A DNA stretch of 64,000 bases, taken from assembly GCF_032191835.1 (NCBI RefSeq), contig NC_083224.1:89900001-89964000 (forward strand), given 5' to 3'. This document shows positions 11,713 to 25,130 of the stretch, in pieces; the first letter of the stretch is position 1; each line of letters begins with the position of its first letter. A program made the position numbers and the translations under genes. Below the pieces are notes generated by a model. The model did not search any database and was not told the DNA's origin. It saw nothing but the letters and a program-made list of their open reading frames with translations. The DNA comes from Heteronotia binoei (Eukaryota).

Positions 11713-12030
11713 GTTACCAGAGCATGTTAGCAGGGCATGCACCACAGCGGCAAGATCTTTTTTTACCCAGGAAAGGCCAGAGCTGCTGAAAGGCACTACT
11801 GTCACCTGCTTATCTAACAAGAGGCCTGAGTCCAGCAGCACCCTCAAGCTATGAACCTGTTTCTTTAGGGGGAGAGCAACCACATCCAGAACAGGAGACA
11901 CATCTATTCCTGTGTCCATCCTTTTGCCTGCAAATAGCACCTCTATTTTTTCAAGATTAAATTTCAGTATATTAGACGTATTTGCTAAAGCCATTCCATA
12001 AATACTGGCTGAAAAAATGGTTAACAAGAG
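11713..12030 (-). mobile_element. Old L2 RT fragment
   Basis: Translation LKFNLEKIEVL...VHSLRVLLDSGLLLDKQV resembles L2 RT LKLNPxKTEVL...VKSLGVLLD. Confidence 0.7.
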
Positions 12031-13820
12031 TGCTTCTCAACCTAATTTCTATCCCCCCTTGGATCCAGCAAAAATGATACAGATGCAGGAGGCTCCTGGG
12101 TTCAGAACCAAAATGGAAACAGATGTGCACTGAGATGCAGACACATACTGGAATGCTAATACAAGTCCCACTGAAGTGGCTGGATGTATTTTGATGTGGA
12201 ATTTTTAACCTTTAAAGTTCTACATGGCTTAGGTCCAAAGTACCTGAAGGACCATCTACTTTCATATAAAGTTCAAGGTTTATGAATCAGTGTGGTTTAT
12301 GAGGTGACATTGGCAGAGGCTAATGGGAGGGTTCTTAATGTCAAGCAGCCCACCCAATGCGATGGAACTTTGTCCCCTCGATAATGAGAGTAGAATCAGC
12401 TATCCAGGCCTTCTAATGGATGCCATGCTTTTTAAAAAATCTGAAAAGTCTTTGAATGATGGTTTGCGTTTGTTCTTTGCATTCAACTTTTCTTTTTGAT
12501 TTAAAATTTGGTTTGTATGATGTGGACTGATACAATGGCTTCAAACCAACTTAGATTCCTTATGAAGCTATAAAAACAGAATATAAATTAACTACATGAA
12601 ATAAATATACTTGGGATCCTTTTTGTACAGCTGGATCATATTCATTAAATAAGGTAATTAAAATCTGACTAATCCTATCATTGATATGTAATCACCATAT
12701 TTTAATTTTGCTTTATTATATGAGACAGGCGATACCGGTCTTATATTATAGGAAATAAACAATACAGACCTTACCTAGTTCTATTTTGGGCCCATCTAAG
12801 TTACAGGCCTAACCTAGTTCTACTTCTGAGAGACCCTAAGAATTATAACAAAGCTTTCCTAGTATCTCACCAGTTTATGCTAGCCAGTATTTGCAGGGGG
12901 AGTGTCTTGGCTGTTAGTGTGGTATAAAAGAACTAATATATTAATACCATCTCCCAACAACTTGACAGGTTTCAATGGATTTGTTAGGTAATAACTGCAA
13001 GAAATACAGAATATTTGATGCCTTTTACAGAATTGTCAATTTCTTTTTTCACGTGGTAAGACTGAGTTTAGATGGTATGATTTTCACAGTGTAATCTCAC
13101 ACATAATATTGAAACATGTTCACATACTCCTTTAAAGCTGTGTACTGACTCAGGGAAAATCCTTATGACCACATTTAATATGTTTTAGCTGAGAAACATT
13201 TTACTATATATTGCTTTTCACATTGACGTTATCATACTGCTCAAACAGGTGACATTATCTCTCTCTGTCAAAGGAGCAACAAAACATGTCACCTAATTGA
13301 ATCTAATAAGTACAGTATCAAAAAACGCTATGCCTGCTTCCTTTTGACAAGATAATAATGATATATTCAGGTTCTTGAGTCCCATTGTCCAGTAAACTGA
13401 TCCTACTACCAATCTGACAAGAGACAGGGGAACTCAGAGGCCATTGCAAACTATATACTTTCCCAGCATCGCATTTATTCGCCCAGTTCAGTATTCTGCC
13501 TTGGTCATTCACAAGATCATCTCAAAGTACTAATGCTATTCTGGATGCGTCTTTTCCTCTGTGTGGCTTTTAAAGATTAGGTTTTCCATCTCAGAGCAGA
13601 CTTCTCTTTTAATCCACTGCTGATTAGCCCATCACCTCCCAGGCTGAGCTTCTGTTGCTCATCAAAAGAAAATGGTGTGAACATATTGCATTGGTGTAGT
13701 TCGAATTGTGCTGGGAGTGGAGTGCACACATGTATATGTACTAAGAATACATTGAAATTATATTATTATACATTATACATATACTATTATACATGAGTGC
13801 TCTGAACTGCCATCCAGACA

Positions 13821-13859
13821 CTCTCTCTCTCGGCTTGGCTTCGCGAACGAAGATTTAAG
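13821..13859 (-). mobile_element. Extreme 3' tip of an RTE-clade LINE
   Basis: Minus strand CTTAAATCTTCGTTCGCGAAGCCAAGCCG followed by a (AG)n tail; recognised from memory of RTE 3' ends only. Confidence 0.4.
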
Positions 13860-15768
13860 AACACTAGGAGTTTAGCAAAATGAACTCTGTTAGAAGCATG
13901 GTTTTGCATACAGTTTTAATAGCATGGGCAAAAACTACAATTCATTTTTGCAATCCTTTTTTTCTGTAGATTTGGGAACAAAGCACAGCATCCCTAACAC
14001 ATGCATACAGGTCTAAATCCTAGAAAACAAGACATATTTATAAATTGATGCCACCATTTAGGATGAAAGACAGACTTTATACAGTCATTCATTTCAGCAT
14101 TTATTCTTAGGAGAGGCATGAGCTGCTCCCCTTCATCTATTATGGTCTTTTGACAGTAACCTGCTTATGTTATTTCAAAGCCAGTGTTGTTAAAGCTGTC
14201 ATCTCTGAGCCTGTGAAGCTGTCATCTCTGAGCCCATGGATGCAAATTTAAAAAGTATGCTTTCTCCTTTCCACCCAGCTAAGAAAGTAAATCAGGAACT
14301 GGAAGGCCAAGCATTATCCTGCTCTAATCTGTAGTGCAAAGGCTAAAAACAGCCTTTCTGGCAAGCCTTGGCTTAGGTTCTGGTTAGACAACCACGGAAA
14401 GGAAGGTAAAGGGGATAGGTTCACTAGATCAATGTAAGAGTGAAAATGATGACTAGACCTAGCAGGATTAATTAAAACCTCCACGTTTATCCCCTCAGGA
14501 GGCTGTTTTGTGGGGGCTGCTTTCACCTGTAGGTGTGGTATCTGAAACATCAAATGTTTGCTACCACAACAGCCTTGTGCTGAAGAGAAGTCACAGTGGC
14601 CTGTGAGTTAATGCTGAACTATCTAGGAGATATCACATGCATCTGCTCCATATGTATAGTTACCTTTTGTGCACTTGTGGAAAGACCTCACTGACCAACA
14701 CCCACCCTTTTCTATTGTAGGAGTGGCCATAACCTTTCAATAAGCCTGAGTGACACTGTAGTATAGTAGAGAGGTTAGTCTTGATGTAGATGTATAGTGT
14801 TGGCAATGGTGTATCTGTTCTCTCCTTCATTTAAAAAAGAGAAGTGTGCATCATTGCTAGAAAAGGAGATACACAGCTGATACCAGTAGAGAAAGAGAAG
14901 GAAAGAGGGAACCTAAGGGGAAGAAAACTGCTACTGAGGGAGAAAATAGTCTTGTTGACATTGAGTCTTTTAAAAAATACTTAAGCAGCCATATTTCAGC
15001 ATTCCAGCACCTAATGAAGTTTATAAAAATATCTTGCAATTTTTACAAAATAGTGCAGGCACAATGGAATCTTGTATCATTTGTCACCACTGATTTCATG
15101 GGGACCATATAATAACTCTTCATAAAACTTGTACTGTCAAATTTCACTAACCTTGCCTGACTGGTGGTATCGCCAAATCAGAAGTGCTTACTTAAAGAAA
15201 GACATCTGGTTCACCTTCAAGAACTGTACATTAATTGCTTAAAATAATGATAACTGAAAAGGTCCAAACTGACGTTTGTGACATTGATGGTACTTGGAAC
15301 AAGGCCTGTTATTTTTATTTGGTTAAGCCAGCTCCATCTTGAATGTTCCATTAGGGATAGCATTTGATGCTAAAAACTATAACTAAATGATTCGTCATTC
15401 ATGTTACAGCACCCCCATCCATCAGCTTAGCCAAACTAATATAAAATAATACTGACTCCAATAGGTCCAAATAAAAAAGGTGTTATAATACTCCATAGAA
15501 AAGCTTTTAGTCAAGCTTTCCAGAGTTTCTGGAGAGAGAATATTCCATAATTGTGGCACAGCCATCAGAAGCACTTCTTAGTTTTAGTCAAGAGACTTGT
15601 CGTATTGTCACAGATCTTATAAGTTCACTACTCCAACAGCAAAGGCAGGGAGATGGGCCTGGTTGATCAAAGAGACCACACTGCAATGTCAGGATTGCAA
15701 CCTCCAAGACATGATGGGTACAAGCTTTAATCCTTTTTCACCAGACCATCAACAAGAAAGCTACTCAC

Positions 15769-15792
15769 CCGTTTTGACTGAGAGACCCCCAT
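15769..15792 (-). CDS. Candidate first coding exon of the FAM107-like gene (MGVSQSKR)
   Basis: Strong Kozak gtcATGG, perfect gtgagt donor, MGxxxS myristoylation pattern. Phase 0 does not join the phase-1 exon at 7303 directly, so another exon would be needed. Confidence 0.3.
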
Positions 15793-16521
15793 GACTCTGA
15801 GTCTGGAGGAAGCTGTTTTCTCTTTCTTTCCTCTATAGCAGTAGAATGTTGTCTCTGTAATATTTACCGGATATCAGGCGCACTAGAGTAGTTTAGCTCT
15901 GAGAATTTGTTTCTTTTTAGAAAACACCTTTGGCACAGATCTATATACCAAGCCCTACTATGTGTTTTTCTTTGCAGAGACAGTAATGTGATTGTGAATA
16001 GATGCTGCTTCTTTTAGCAGGCTCTTCACAAAACCTATTAAAGCCCTTAGACTAATCCTTGGGTGTGTGATTGGGTATGGGGAAAAGAGGTGTCATGTGA
16101 CATGTTCCTGTAAGAACCTTGAACAGATTAGGCAAAGGATGTCATTTTCAAAGTCGGGAGCACTGAAACAGTGCCTAGGGTGATGCAGGTTCAGCAAAGC
16201 ATGGAGGGTTTAAGTATACATTTTGTAACTATACAAGTATTTTGGCTACCATCCTCAATATGTATATTGCTTGCAAAAACATTGCACCGCATATTTGTAT
16301 CCAGGCCTTTTTTTGTAGAAAAGGCCCAGCATGCTTATTTGCATATTAGGCCACTCTTACTGGAAATGCTTGATGTCTCCTCTTTTAGATGGGGAAATTA
16401 GCAAGAGGGAGACTCAGTAGAGCAAATTAGGCTCTACTGAGATTTTCACCAATTATATGAAGGTCTGGTTTTCATAAAGACTCCAGATCAAATATATTTT
16501 AGAATGTTTACTAGAAAATTA

Positions 16522-16961
16522 TGTAAAGAGGTACATTCACACACACAATCAATACAGTATACACAATCAAGGGCTAAGAAGGATAGAGGTGATCGATAGG
16601 GAATTGTGGGATTTTGGTTGAAGCGAGTGATACTACCTGTCCTGTAGCGAAGACATCTGTGTAGCTAGGAAAAATGGAGAGTGCGTACGACCAATGTGAC
16701 ATGTCCAAAGACCCAATTACAGAAAGTAACGGGGGTACAAACTGTATATGGCCCCTTACAGAATGAACGCTGGAACGTGATTTTGACTCAGTTTATATAG
16801 GATTTCGAGGGGTGGAGACCCTTGTGTAACTATGGTGCTCTTAATGGCTGTTGATGGGCTTATCCTGGACACATGAATGTATCACCGAATAAAACAACTG
16901 GTGTTGCTGACTCAGTATTGTTTGTCTGGATGGTTTAAGATGGATGTAAATGGTTCAAACA
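16522..16961 (+). mobile_element. Probable solo LTR, ~440 bp
   Basis: TGT...ACA termini, TATA-like TTTATATAG (~16792), AATAAA (~16889), flanks ATTA/ATTT (3/4). Confidence 0.45.
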
Positions 16962-17789
16962 ATTTAGCAATGATTCCCTGAGGAAAGGTAAGCATGGAAG
17001 ACAAAGGATTTGTCTAAGTGTCAGACATTACCATAGTAATAAACAAAGAAGAGAGTTGAGCTGCAGCAATGAGTTAGGAAGATGGCCTCTTAATCAGTTG
17101 GCTGAGGATTTGAGACAGAAACAATACCTACCTTTTGAACCCATAATCTTATCATTCAGTTGAGAGGGGGAGAGTAGCCAGTACAGGAAAATGTTTGTGT
17201 TGAAATCAGAGCCAGGCCCCAGCATGTTCTTTGCTATTTCACAGAGAGTGTTTCCTTGGCCTGTTTTCTGACCAGCATCCATTTTGTTTCCTTAGCTTGG
17301 GGTCCCCTTAGCTCCAGTGGGGTTCCCCCTTAGAAGTAGGCAGCGTCTCCTAGCCACAACACCCCCTGACATCACCATTGTTCCATACAGGGCTTTCTTG
17401 TAGAAAAAAAACAGTATGAACTAATTGGTATATTAAGCCACACCCCCTGACACCAAGCCAGCTAGAACTGCATTCCTGCTAAAAAAAAAAAAGCCATGTA
17501 TCAGCTTGTGGAAAAGTCAAGCTATTTACTATACAATGTATAAAAAGAAAATGAATAATAGCTGAAACCTTTTCTCTCAAGATATCATTGATAGTTTTCT
17601 TCACCAGTCCAGAGAGAGATACAGTTCTTGCAAAACTTTGTGGATCATATACTTGAATATTATGCTAAAAGACTCTAATTCAGTGATAGTAGCTCGGGAG
17701 ACACCTGTGACTCTTCTGTTCCATGATATGGCATCCACATCACACTCTGGGAAAGTAGACAAAGCCATTGTCCAATAGGGCCTGTGTTT

Positions 17790-18906
17790 GCAGTATAAAG
17801 TTTTTTATTAATTTTAGAAAAGGAAAGAAAAAGGGTAGGGAAAAAGGAGAATAAAGAAAGAGCATTGTCATTTACAATACAATATTAGTCCGTCCTGAAT
17901 AAACATAATCCATAACATAAAGTATTATTAGATACAGTATAATCAATTATGCCACATAACTTCTCAGATTATAAAATTTATTGTAGAGATTGTAAATTCT
18001 CCTATAAACCATCACATTTTAATTATATTTCTAATACAGCATTTTAAGATATCTACTATAAGAGCTGAAGATCAAAAATTCACCCCATATATTTTTAAGT
18101 ATCTAACCACACATACAACTTTTTCCCAATATTTCTTTGCTTCTTCTTCTGATTTCCCCGCTAGTATTTGAGACAGATAGTCCATCTCCGCAGCTTCCAT
18201 TATCTTGCCGATCAAGTCTGATTTCGTAGGCACCTCTTGAAGTTTCCATTTCTGTGCAAGCAAAATTCTGGCTGCTGTATTAATATGGGTCAACAAATGT
18301 CTTGTCTCTTTTGTATAGTCACTGGGATATATATTCAATAAGAATAGTTCTGGTTTAAATTGAATCTGTCTCTTCAGTATTTTCTGTAAGAGTTCATGAA
18401 CCATCTTCCAAAAATCTTTCACCACCTTTCATGTTCACCACATATGATAAAACAACTCCACTTGTTTGTACATTTCCAAAACTTATTAAACACATTAGAG
18501 TACATTTTAGAAAGTTTTTGAGTTGTCACCACCTTGTATGACCACCACATATGATAAAACGACTCCACTTGTTTGTACATTTCCAAAACTTATTAAACAC
18601 ATTAGAGTACATTTTAGAAAGTTTTTGAGTAGTTACATACCATCTATAAAACATTTTATACAAATTTTCTTTAAAAGCCACTGATCTGGTTAATTTAATA
18701 TTGAATTTCCATAATCCTTCCCATTCCTCTAACATAATGTTGCAGCCTACATTCTTAGCCCACTGAAGCATACAGTCCTTTACAATTTCATCTTGCACTT
18801 ACTTCATTGTAAGTAAGAGTATGTTTGATATCAGTTTCATTTGAGGGCCCAAAAAGATTTTGTCAAATGTATATTGATCCAAACTGACACGTATTATCTT
18901 ATCCAG
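17790..18906 (-). mobile_element. 5'-truncated L1-clade LINE with 14-bp TSD
   Basis: ORF2 C-terminal peptides (FKENLYKMFYRWY; DFWKMVHELL...AARILLAQKWK); TAGGGCCTGTGTTT at 17776-17789 and 18907-18920. Confidence 0.9.
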
Positions 18907-19093
18907 TAGGGCCTGTGTTTAACAGGTGGTTCCCACCAACCAGAGGGACTGGAGGATGGAAAAGCTGTGTGAACCTAGTGCCAGGGACTGAAGGGCCCAT
19001 CCTCTTATAAAGTTCCTCATCAAAGGCTCCTTAGAAAGCTTGAGAGTCATGGAGTAAAAGGACAGGTCCTCTTGTGGATCAAAAACTGGCTAA

Positions 19094-20175
19094 TTAATAG
19101 GAAGCAGAGAGTGAGTATAAATGGGCAGTCTTCGCAGTGGAGGACGGTAAGCAGTGGGTGCCGCAGGGCTCAGTACTGGGTCCCATGCTCTTTAACTTGT
19201 TCATAAATGATTTGGAGTTGGGAGTGAGCAGTGAAGTGGCCAAGTTTGCAGATGACACTAAATTGTTCAGGGTGGTGAGAACCAGAGAGGATTGTGAGGC
19301 ACTCCAAAGGGATCTGTTGAGGCTGGGTGAGTGGGCATCAACGTGGCAGATGAGGTTCAATGTGGCCAAGTGCAAAGTAATGCACATTGGGGCCAAGAAT
19401 CCCAGCTACAAATACAAGTTGATGGGGTGTGAAATGGCAGAGACTGACCAAGAGAGATCTTGGGGTCATGGTAGATAACTCACGGAAAATGTCAAGACAG
19501 TGTGCGATTGCAATAAAAAAGGCCAACGCCATGCTGGGAATTATTAGGAAGGGAATTGAAAACAAATCAGCCAGTATCATAATGCCCCTGTATAAATCGA
19601 TGGTGCGGTCTCGTTTGGAATACTGTGTGCAATTCTGGTCACTGCACCTCAAAAAGGATATTATAGCATTGGAAAAAGTGCAGAAAAGGGCAACTAGAAT
19701 GATTAAAGGTTTGGAACACTTTCCCTATGAAGAAAGGTTAAAACGCTTGGGGCTCTTTAGCTTGGAGAAATGTCGACTGCGGGGTGACATGATAGAGGTT
19801 TACAAGATTATGCATGTAATGGAGAAAGTAGAGAAAGAAGTACTTTTCTCCCTTTCTCACAATACAAGAACTCGTGGGCATTCGATAAAATTGCTGAGCA
19901 GTCAGGTTAAAATGGATAAAAGGAAGTACTTCTTCACCCAAAGGGTGATTAACATGTGGAATTCACTGCCACAGGAGGTGGTGGTGGCTACAAGCATAGA
20001 CAGCTTCAAGAGGAGATTAGATAAAAATATGGAGCAGAGGTCCATCAGTAGCTATTAGCCACAGTGTGTGTATATATGTGTGTGTGTGTATAATTTTTTT
20101 GGCCACTGTGTGACGCAGAAGTTGGACTGAATGGGCCATTGGCCTGATCCAACATGGCTTCTCTTATGTTCTTAC
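19094..20175 (+). mobile_element. CR1 LINE 3' portion (RT, one frameshift)
   Basis: [51 protein letters not shown]; tail GGCTTCTCTTATGTTCTTA. Confidence 0.95.
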
Positions 20176-21054
20176 AACCCTTCTTTATACTGTGCACTCT
20201 CACTCTTCAAAGCAGCCATTTTCTCCAGGGGAGCTGATCTCTGCCAGCTGGAGATCAGTTGTAAAAGCAGGAGATCTCCAGGCCCCACCTGGAGGCTGGC
20301 AACCCTACCCAGCATTGAACATCATTACAACTGGAAATACTATTTTTGTCTTTAAGAGCAAATCATGACAGGTGGCTTGTGGTATATATTTAAACCTATG
20401 TATGGAAAAAAACCATTGCCCTTTAAGTATCAAGTCAGGACAAAGAGTGCACATCTTCAGAGGAAAAGCCATAGCAAGCCAACTTGAGGCAAATTTTCTG
20501 ACAAGCATATAGAACTAACAGAAAACTGGACTGAACAATTTGGAAGCTAAAAAGAAGGCTACAACAAGCAGTGGGTGGTAAGCCGGTGTACTCAACTACT
20601 AGTCATTTGAAAGTTGCTTTGTTTGTGATGCACTGGACAGAGCATAGGACTGCAATATTATGCATACATACAATTTACAATGTGATCTTGCGCATAGTTA
20701 GCTAGAGGTTCTGCAGGATCTGGCAGGGCTTGCACCAAGGTCAGTGTACAAAGGATTGCAGTCTTACTTGCAAGTATTCCACTGAAATTATGGAATTACT
20801 TTTGAGGAAACATATTAGGATCAAGCTATAAGTCTAATGAGCTCTAGCTTGTTTTGATGTCTTCCAGTGCTTTGCCATTCCTCCACTAGGTGAACCCTCC
20901 AATTTGCCCAGCTGTCCATCAGCAATTGGTATTCCTTTATTTTTCATTTTTCTAGGTAATGGCAAAGTATTGGAAGATGGTGGATTTCACTGAATCACAG
21001 TAGTGGAAAGTGTTGCTTTTTGCTACTTCATCTGTCATTCACACCTTTGTGCTC

Positions 21055-21280
21055 CTGCCTTGAACTACCAACCTCCAGGTGCAGACTGGAGAGTTCCTAG
21101 AAATATAACTGATCTCCAGACAACAGGGATTGGTTCTTTGCAAAAACGGCTGCTTTGGAGGATGGACTCTTATAGCTTTATACCTCACTACAGACCCTCC
21201 CCTCCCCAAATCCTACTCTCCCCAGCCTCCATCCCCAGATTTCCAGGAAATTCCCAACCTGAGCTGCCAACTCTCCTCTC
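21055..21280. mobile_element. hAT (Blackjack-like) MITE, decayed
   Basis: Internal sequence shared with 6718-6945 and 9311-9510. Confidence 0.6.
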
Positions 21281-21689
21281 CCTAATACCCCTGCACATTA
21301 GCTCCTATGATAAGTGTGGAATGTCGGGTGCCTTTTTGTTCATAAACAGGAGAAAGCAAGCTGCCTAACCCAGTCCGTCTTGGGGCCAAACACCACCACG
21401 CATTTGTTTACGCGTCTGCCTGTCCTGTGCCCACCACCCCAAACCAGATCAGTGTTTAAACGTAACTGCTAGGCGCACAGGGGCTAACCTTGAGAGGAAA
21501 GGGCTTAAGAATGCAGCGCATATATTACCAGCAACGCCCCCCCCCCCAGTCTAAAGCCATGATCAAGTAAATTATCAAAAGTTAACAAATATATTTAGAT
21601 TTCAGTATACTTATTGTTGACTGATCATACACTCTGTGTGGGAGGTACTTAAACATTTTCTAATAATAATAAGAAAAAAAGATGCCGCC

Positions 21690-22330
21690 AAAAGTAAGCC
21701 GGAACTTGCCTCCTGTCTTATCACTTGAGCAGTCTTTTTAAAAAAATCTCTCTGGTCTTTAGAAACACCACAGTCAGAATTATCTGTGTTCTGCTAGTGT
21801 TGTCTGAAACAATTGTACCGCTTCCCTATGAAACGAACTACCATAGAGAGTATCTGCATCGGAGCTCAATTGGCACTGTCTAGTGAATCCGGTGCCGCGC
21901 TGGCCGTTGGTTCAATCTAGGAGATGCGGTGAGGGGCCCTGGACTGTGCCTTGCGGGTTGCCGTCATGGCCAACGGTGAGCTGGGAATGGTTTGACTTGG
22001 CCTATTGGCTGGACCTTGGCGTTTGTAGTTACGGCGGCTCTGCGCTGATTCTCCGCAGGCCTATTTAAATGCCCCTCCCTTTTGCCCTGCGATGGACTGG
22101 CTCACCTGGCGGGCCTGCTCAGACGGTCAGGCCCCCTTCAGTCCCCCGGGCGAGTGGCAAAGCCGGTAGTGGCCCTGCCACCTCGTTGACTCTCTTTCTT
22201 CGCCTTCCCTGCAGTGTATTCTCTGGACGGGTTATTGGTGTTCGGCCTGCTGTTCGTGTGTACCTGCGCCTACTTCCGGAAGGTCCCTCGGCTGAAAGCC
22301 TGGCTGCTGTCGGAGAAGAGGGGGGTCTGG
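21690..22330 (+). promoter_or_regulatory. TMEM167B: TMEM167B CpG-rich promoter/5' region
   Basis: CpG enrichment around exons 1-2; ETS-type GCCGGAAC at ~21698. Confidence 0.65.
21966..21975 (+). CDS. TMEM167B: TMEM167B (protein kish-B) exon 1 (MAN+G)
   Basis: ATGGCCAACG|gtgag; human begins MTNV with the same split. Confidence 0.9.
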
Positions 22331-22346
22331 GGGGTATTTTACAAAG
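22215..22346 (+). CDS. TMEM167B: TMEM167B exon 2
   Basis: [V][43 protein letters not shown]; cag/gtac bounded, phase 1 to 1. Confidence 0.97.
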
Positions 22347-22869
22347 GTACGAATCTCGCATTAAAACAGGTGGAAATTAATCGATGGCCAGTAGAAAACG
22401 CTGTTCAGTGGTTGCTGGGGAAGTTATGAGAGTGTTTATAACAATGGGAAGTTGAACTGGAAAGTGAACAAGGTGTCAATGTATTTCTATCTGCATATAT
22501 TTTAGAAATAGGAATGTTGTGGCAGGTGAAATGATTTTGAGTCTTGGGAGACTGAGCTATACTAATGTTATACTGTTATCTCCCCAGTGTGTTCAACCTG
22601 GTCAAGTGCACCAGAGACCCTTGAAATTAGTGGTTTGGGGTGTAACCAAAACTACTGCAACTTTATAGTTATTTCTGAATCTCACTGCAAGACTAAGAAT
22701 ACTTACAGTGTTTTGAAATGTTTTTACTTACTCCATTGTGAAAACTAAACTAAGACATCCTTTCCTACAAACTACTAACAGATTCTTAATTGCTCTGTAG
22801 CCACCCATTCTTTAATGTGAAAATAAATTAGAAGTTGGAGTGAGTCAAAAGGCTGTCATCACCGAATAT

Positions 22870-23330
22870 GACTTATTTGCTGCTTACAGACGGGCAGCTT
22901 GGGGCAGTTGGGAGGCGTCCCAAATCGGGCTGTCTGGAAAAGAGCAATCCCAAAGCTTCCACACACTCCCCAGCAAAGCTCCTGCATCCCGTCTGTGAGG
23001 CATCCAGGCGCCTCCAGACACGGAGTCGCCTCAGAAGCTGGACCGCTCTTCTGCCCCCCTCCACAAGTTAAGCACTCAAGTGCTCATATGCTCCAGCACT
23101 CCTAACGGTTTTTAATGGGGGGGGGGAGCCAGAAGTGGCTTGGGGAGGCTTGGCAGTTTCACAGGCTAGGGCGCCTCGCTTGCGCCCTGCCACTTCCAGA
23201 TGGCAAGGAGGTGAGTGGTGTACGGCTTAAAAATTTGCTACCGCTTCCAAAGTGGTAGCTTTTTGAACTACTCTCTAGAGGCTGGAGGACAGCTTGGGGA
23301 TGGGATAGGGATGGGCAGCAGATGTTGCCA
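22870..23330. repeat. Unclassified GC-rich interspersed repeat in TMEM167B intron 2
   Basis: Abrupt CpG-containing block in an AT-rich intron; no coding signal. Confidence 0.35.
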
Positions 23331-23675
23331 TTTGGAAAGATTTTTTGGGTCAATTTCAGAGGCGTCTGAGTCAGCCCAAAGTGCCAGTCTGTAATCACCC
23401 ACAAAGTGTGTAAATAAACCTTATTTTCCCTCTGGATTTTTAAATAAGCCTTTCTTAATCTTTCCTCTGGGCCCAAGTATGCCAAGATACTTAACTCCAT
23501 TTGGAGAACTGCACTCTGGCACATTGTTTGGGACCTAGGTACTAATTACCAATGGTAGGAATAAAGACAAATGCTAGGATTCTTACATTTGATTAGTTGT
23601 TCTTGCTGTTGATTGTTCTGTAACTTCCATATGTTTTACTGTAGAAGTTCAGTATAAGATTTAGAGACTGTATCA

Positions 23676-24120
23676 CAGGGGTATCGAATTCATTTGTTAT
23701 GGGGGCCGGATTTGACATAAATGAGACCTTGTCGGGCCAAGCCATGTGTATCATAAAATGTAATGCCAGGTAGCGGACATATAAACTTTATAAAGGGCTC
23801 AGACACACAATTAAAGATTTTTTTTGCTTAAAATAAAACATGCTTAAAATATTAGCCCGCTTGCAATATTTTGTTTTACAGTCTCTGGTAAATTGCTATG
23901 AATTATTGCATCAAAATCTGTAGACAATGTCTGTGCTGTACCAGTCTTGAATATGTGCTGTTCAGGTGTGCACATCTGTAAGTTGCAAACCTACTTTTGA
24001 TTCATTGACATGCATTACAGACATCTCATGGTCAATGCCTTGAGTCTAAGACCCAGAGGAACACGAAGCAGCTGGGCATTGTGAGCTTTTGTACAGAAGT
24101 TGCTTCAAGTACTAGTCAAG
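23676..24120. mobile_element. Non-autonomous hAT (Charlie-like) element fragment
   Basis: CAGGGGTATCGAATTCATTTGTT...GGGCCGGATTTGACATA start, shared with 59078-59395. Confidence 0.6.
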
Positions 24121-24614
24121 AACATGTGAAGGCACCATGGCACAGACTGAGGGCTATGTGCTTGTCTACAAAACTATAATTTACCCCAGAAAAATGACTA
24201 CAACTAAAAAAAAATACAACTCCCCCCCCCCCAAAAAAAACAACAACTACAAGAACAGAGAGACAGCCATGTACAGTGGTCAGTGTCAGCCTACTATCTG
24301 GGAAGTCTAAATTCAAGACTCCCAATCAAAGGAAAATGTGAAAGAAAAAAATAAGGAAAATTAGCTTGTTCAGATAACTGCTTTCTTGATAGCAGAAATC
24401 ATGGACTTTTCCAAACCACAGCAAGACAAGTACAATAATAACTGTTGATTCTCATGTTGATTCTCTGAATGTTCAAAACAGATATCTTGATCAAACTGAA
24501 ATAACAATTCCTATTTTTTATTGTATTTATTGAGGTACAATGATAACTTTGTCAAATTTAGATGGAATTTATATTTTTCAGTGAACAGTTACAGGCATGG
24601 TAGGTGCTTGATGG

Positions 24615-24617
<3 letters not shown>

Positions 24618-24670
<53 letters not shown>

Positions 24671-25130
24671 CTTTTATTTATACCCCGCCCTCCCCGCCTA
24701 GGCAGGCTCAGGGCGGCTAACAGAACATGGTAGAAACCATGATACAAATACACAATAGATTACAATTAATAATTTAAAGAATAAAACCAATAAAACAGTA
24801 AGATGTTAAAATACAGTCGAATGGCATATAAGATGGCTCGGTATTATTAATCTTATCAAGAGTTCTGTCTTAAAAAGCTAGCCGGAAGAGGGCAGTTTTG
24901 CAGGCCCTACGGAACTGGTTAAGATCCCGTAGGGCCCGCACCTCTTCCGGCAATTGGTTCCACCATTGGGGGGCCTTTGTAGAGAACGCCTGTTCTCTGG
25001 TAGCTTTTAATTTAGTTTCTTTTGGCCCAGGGATTTCAAGAAGATTTTTTGAGCTTGATCGCAGTGCTCTCTGGGGAACGTATGGAGAGAGGCGGTCCCT
25101 AAGGTAGGCAGGTCCTCGACCATATAGAAA
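24618..25130 (-). mobile_element. Young L2 LINE 3' end with (TTA)n tail
   Basis: YGRGPAYLRDRLSPYVPQRALRS...RRACKTALF; GCCGCCCTGAGCC stem; (AAT)n run at 24618-24669. Confidence 0.92.

Noticed and set aside
12100-21900. TAF13, the human upstream neighbour of TMEM167B
   Set aside because: No TAF13-like peptide found in this interval.
24521-24733. Poly-Asn ORF (and poly-Ile in 35271-35684)
   Set aside because: Translation of L2 (AAT/ATT)n tails.
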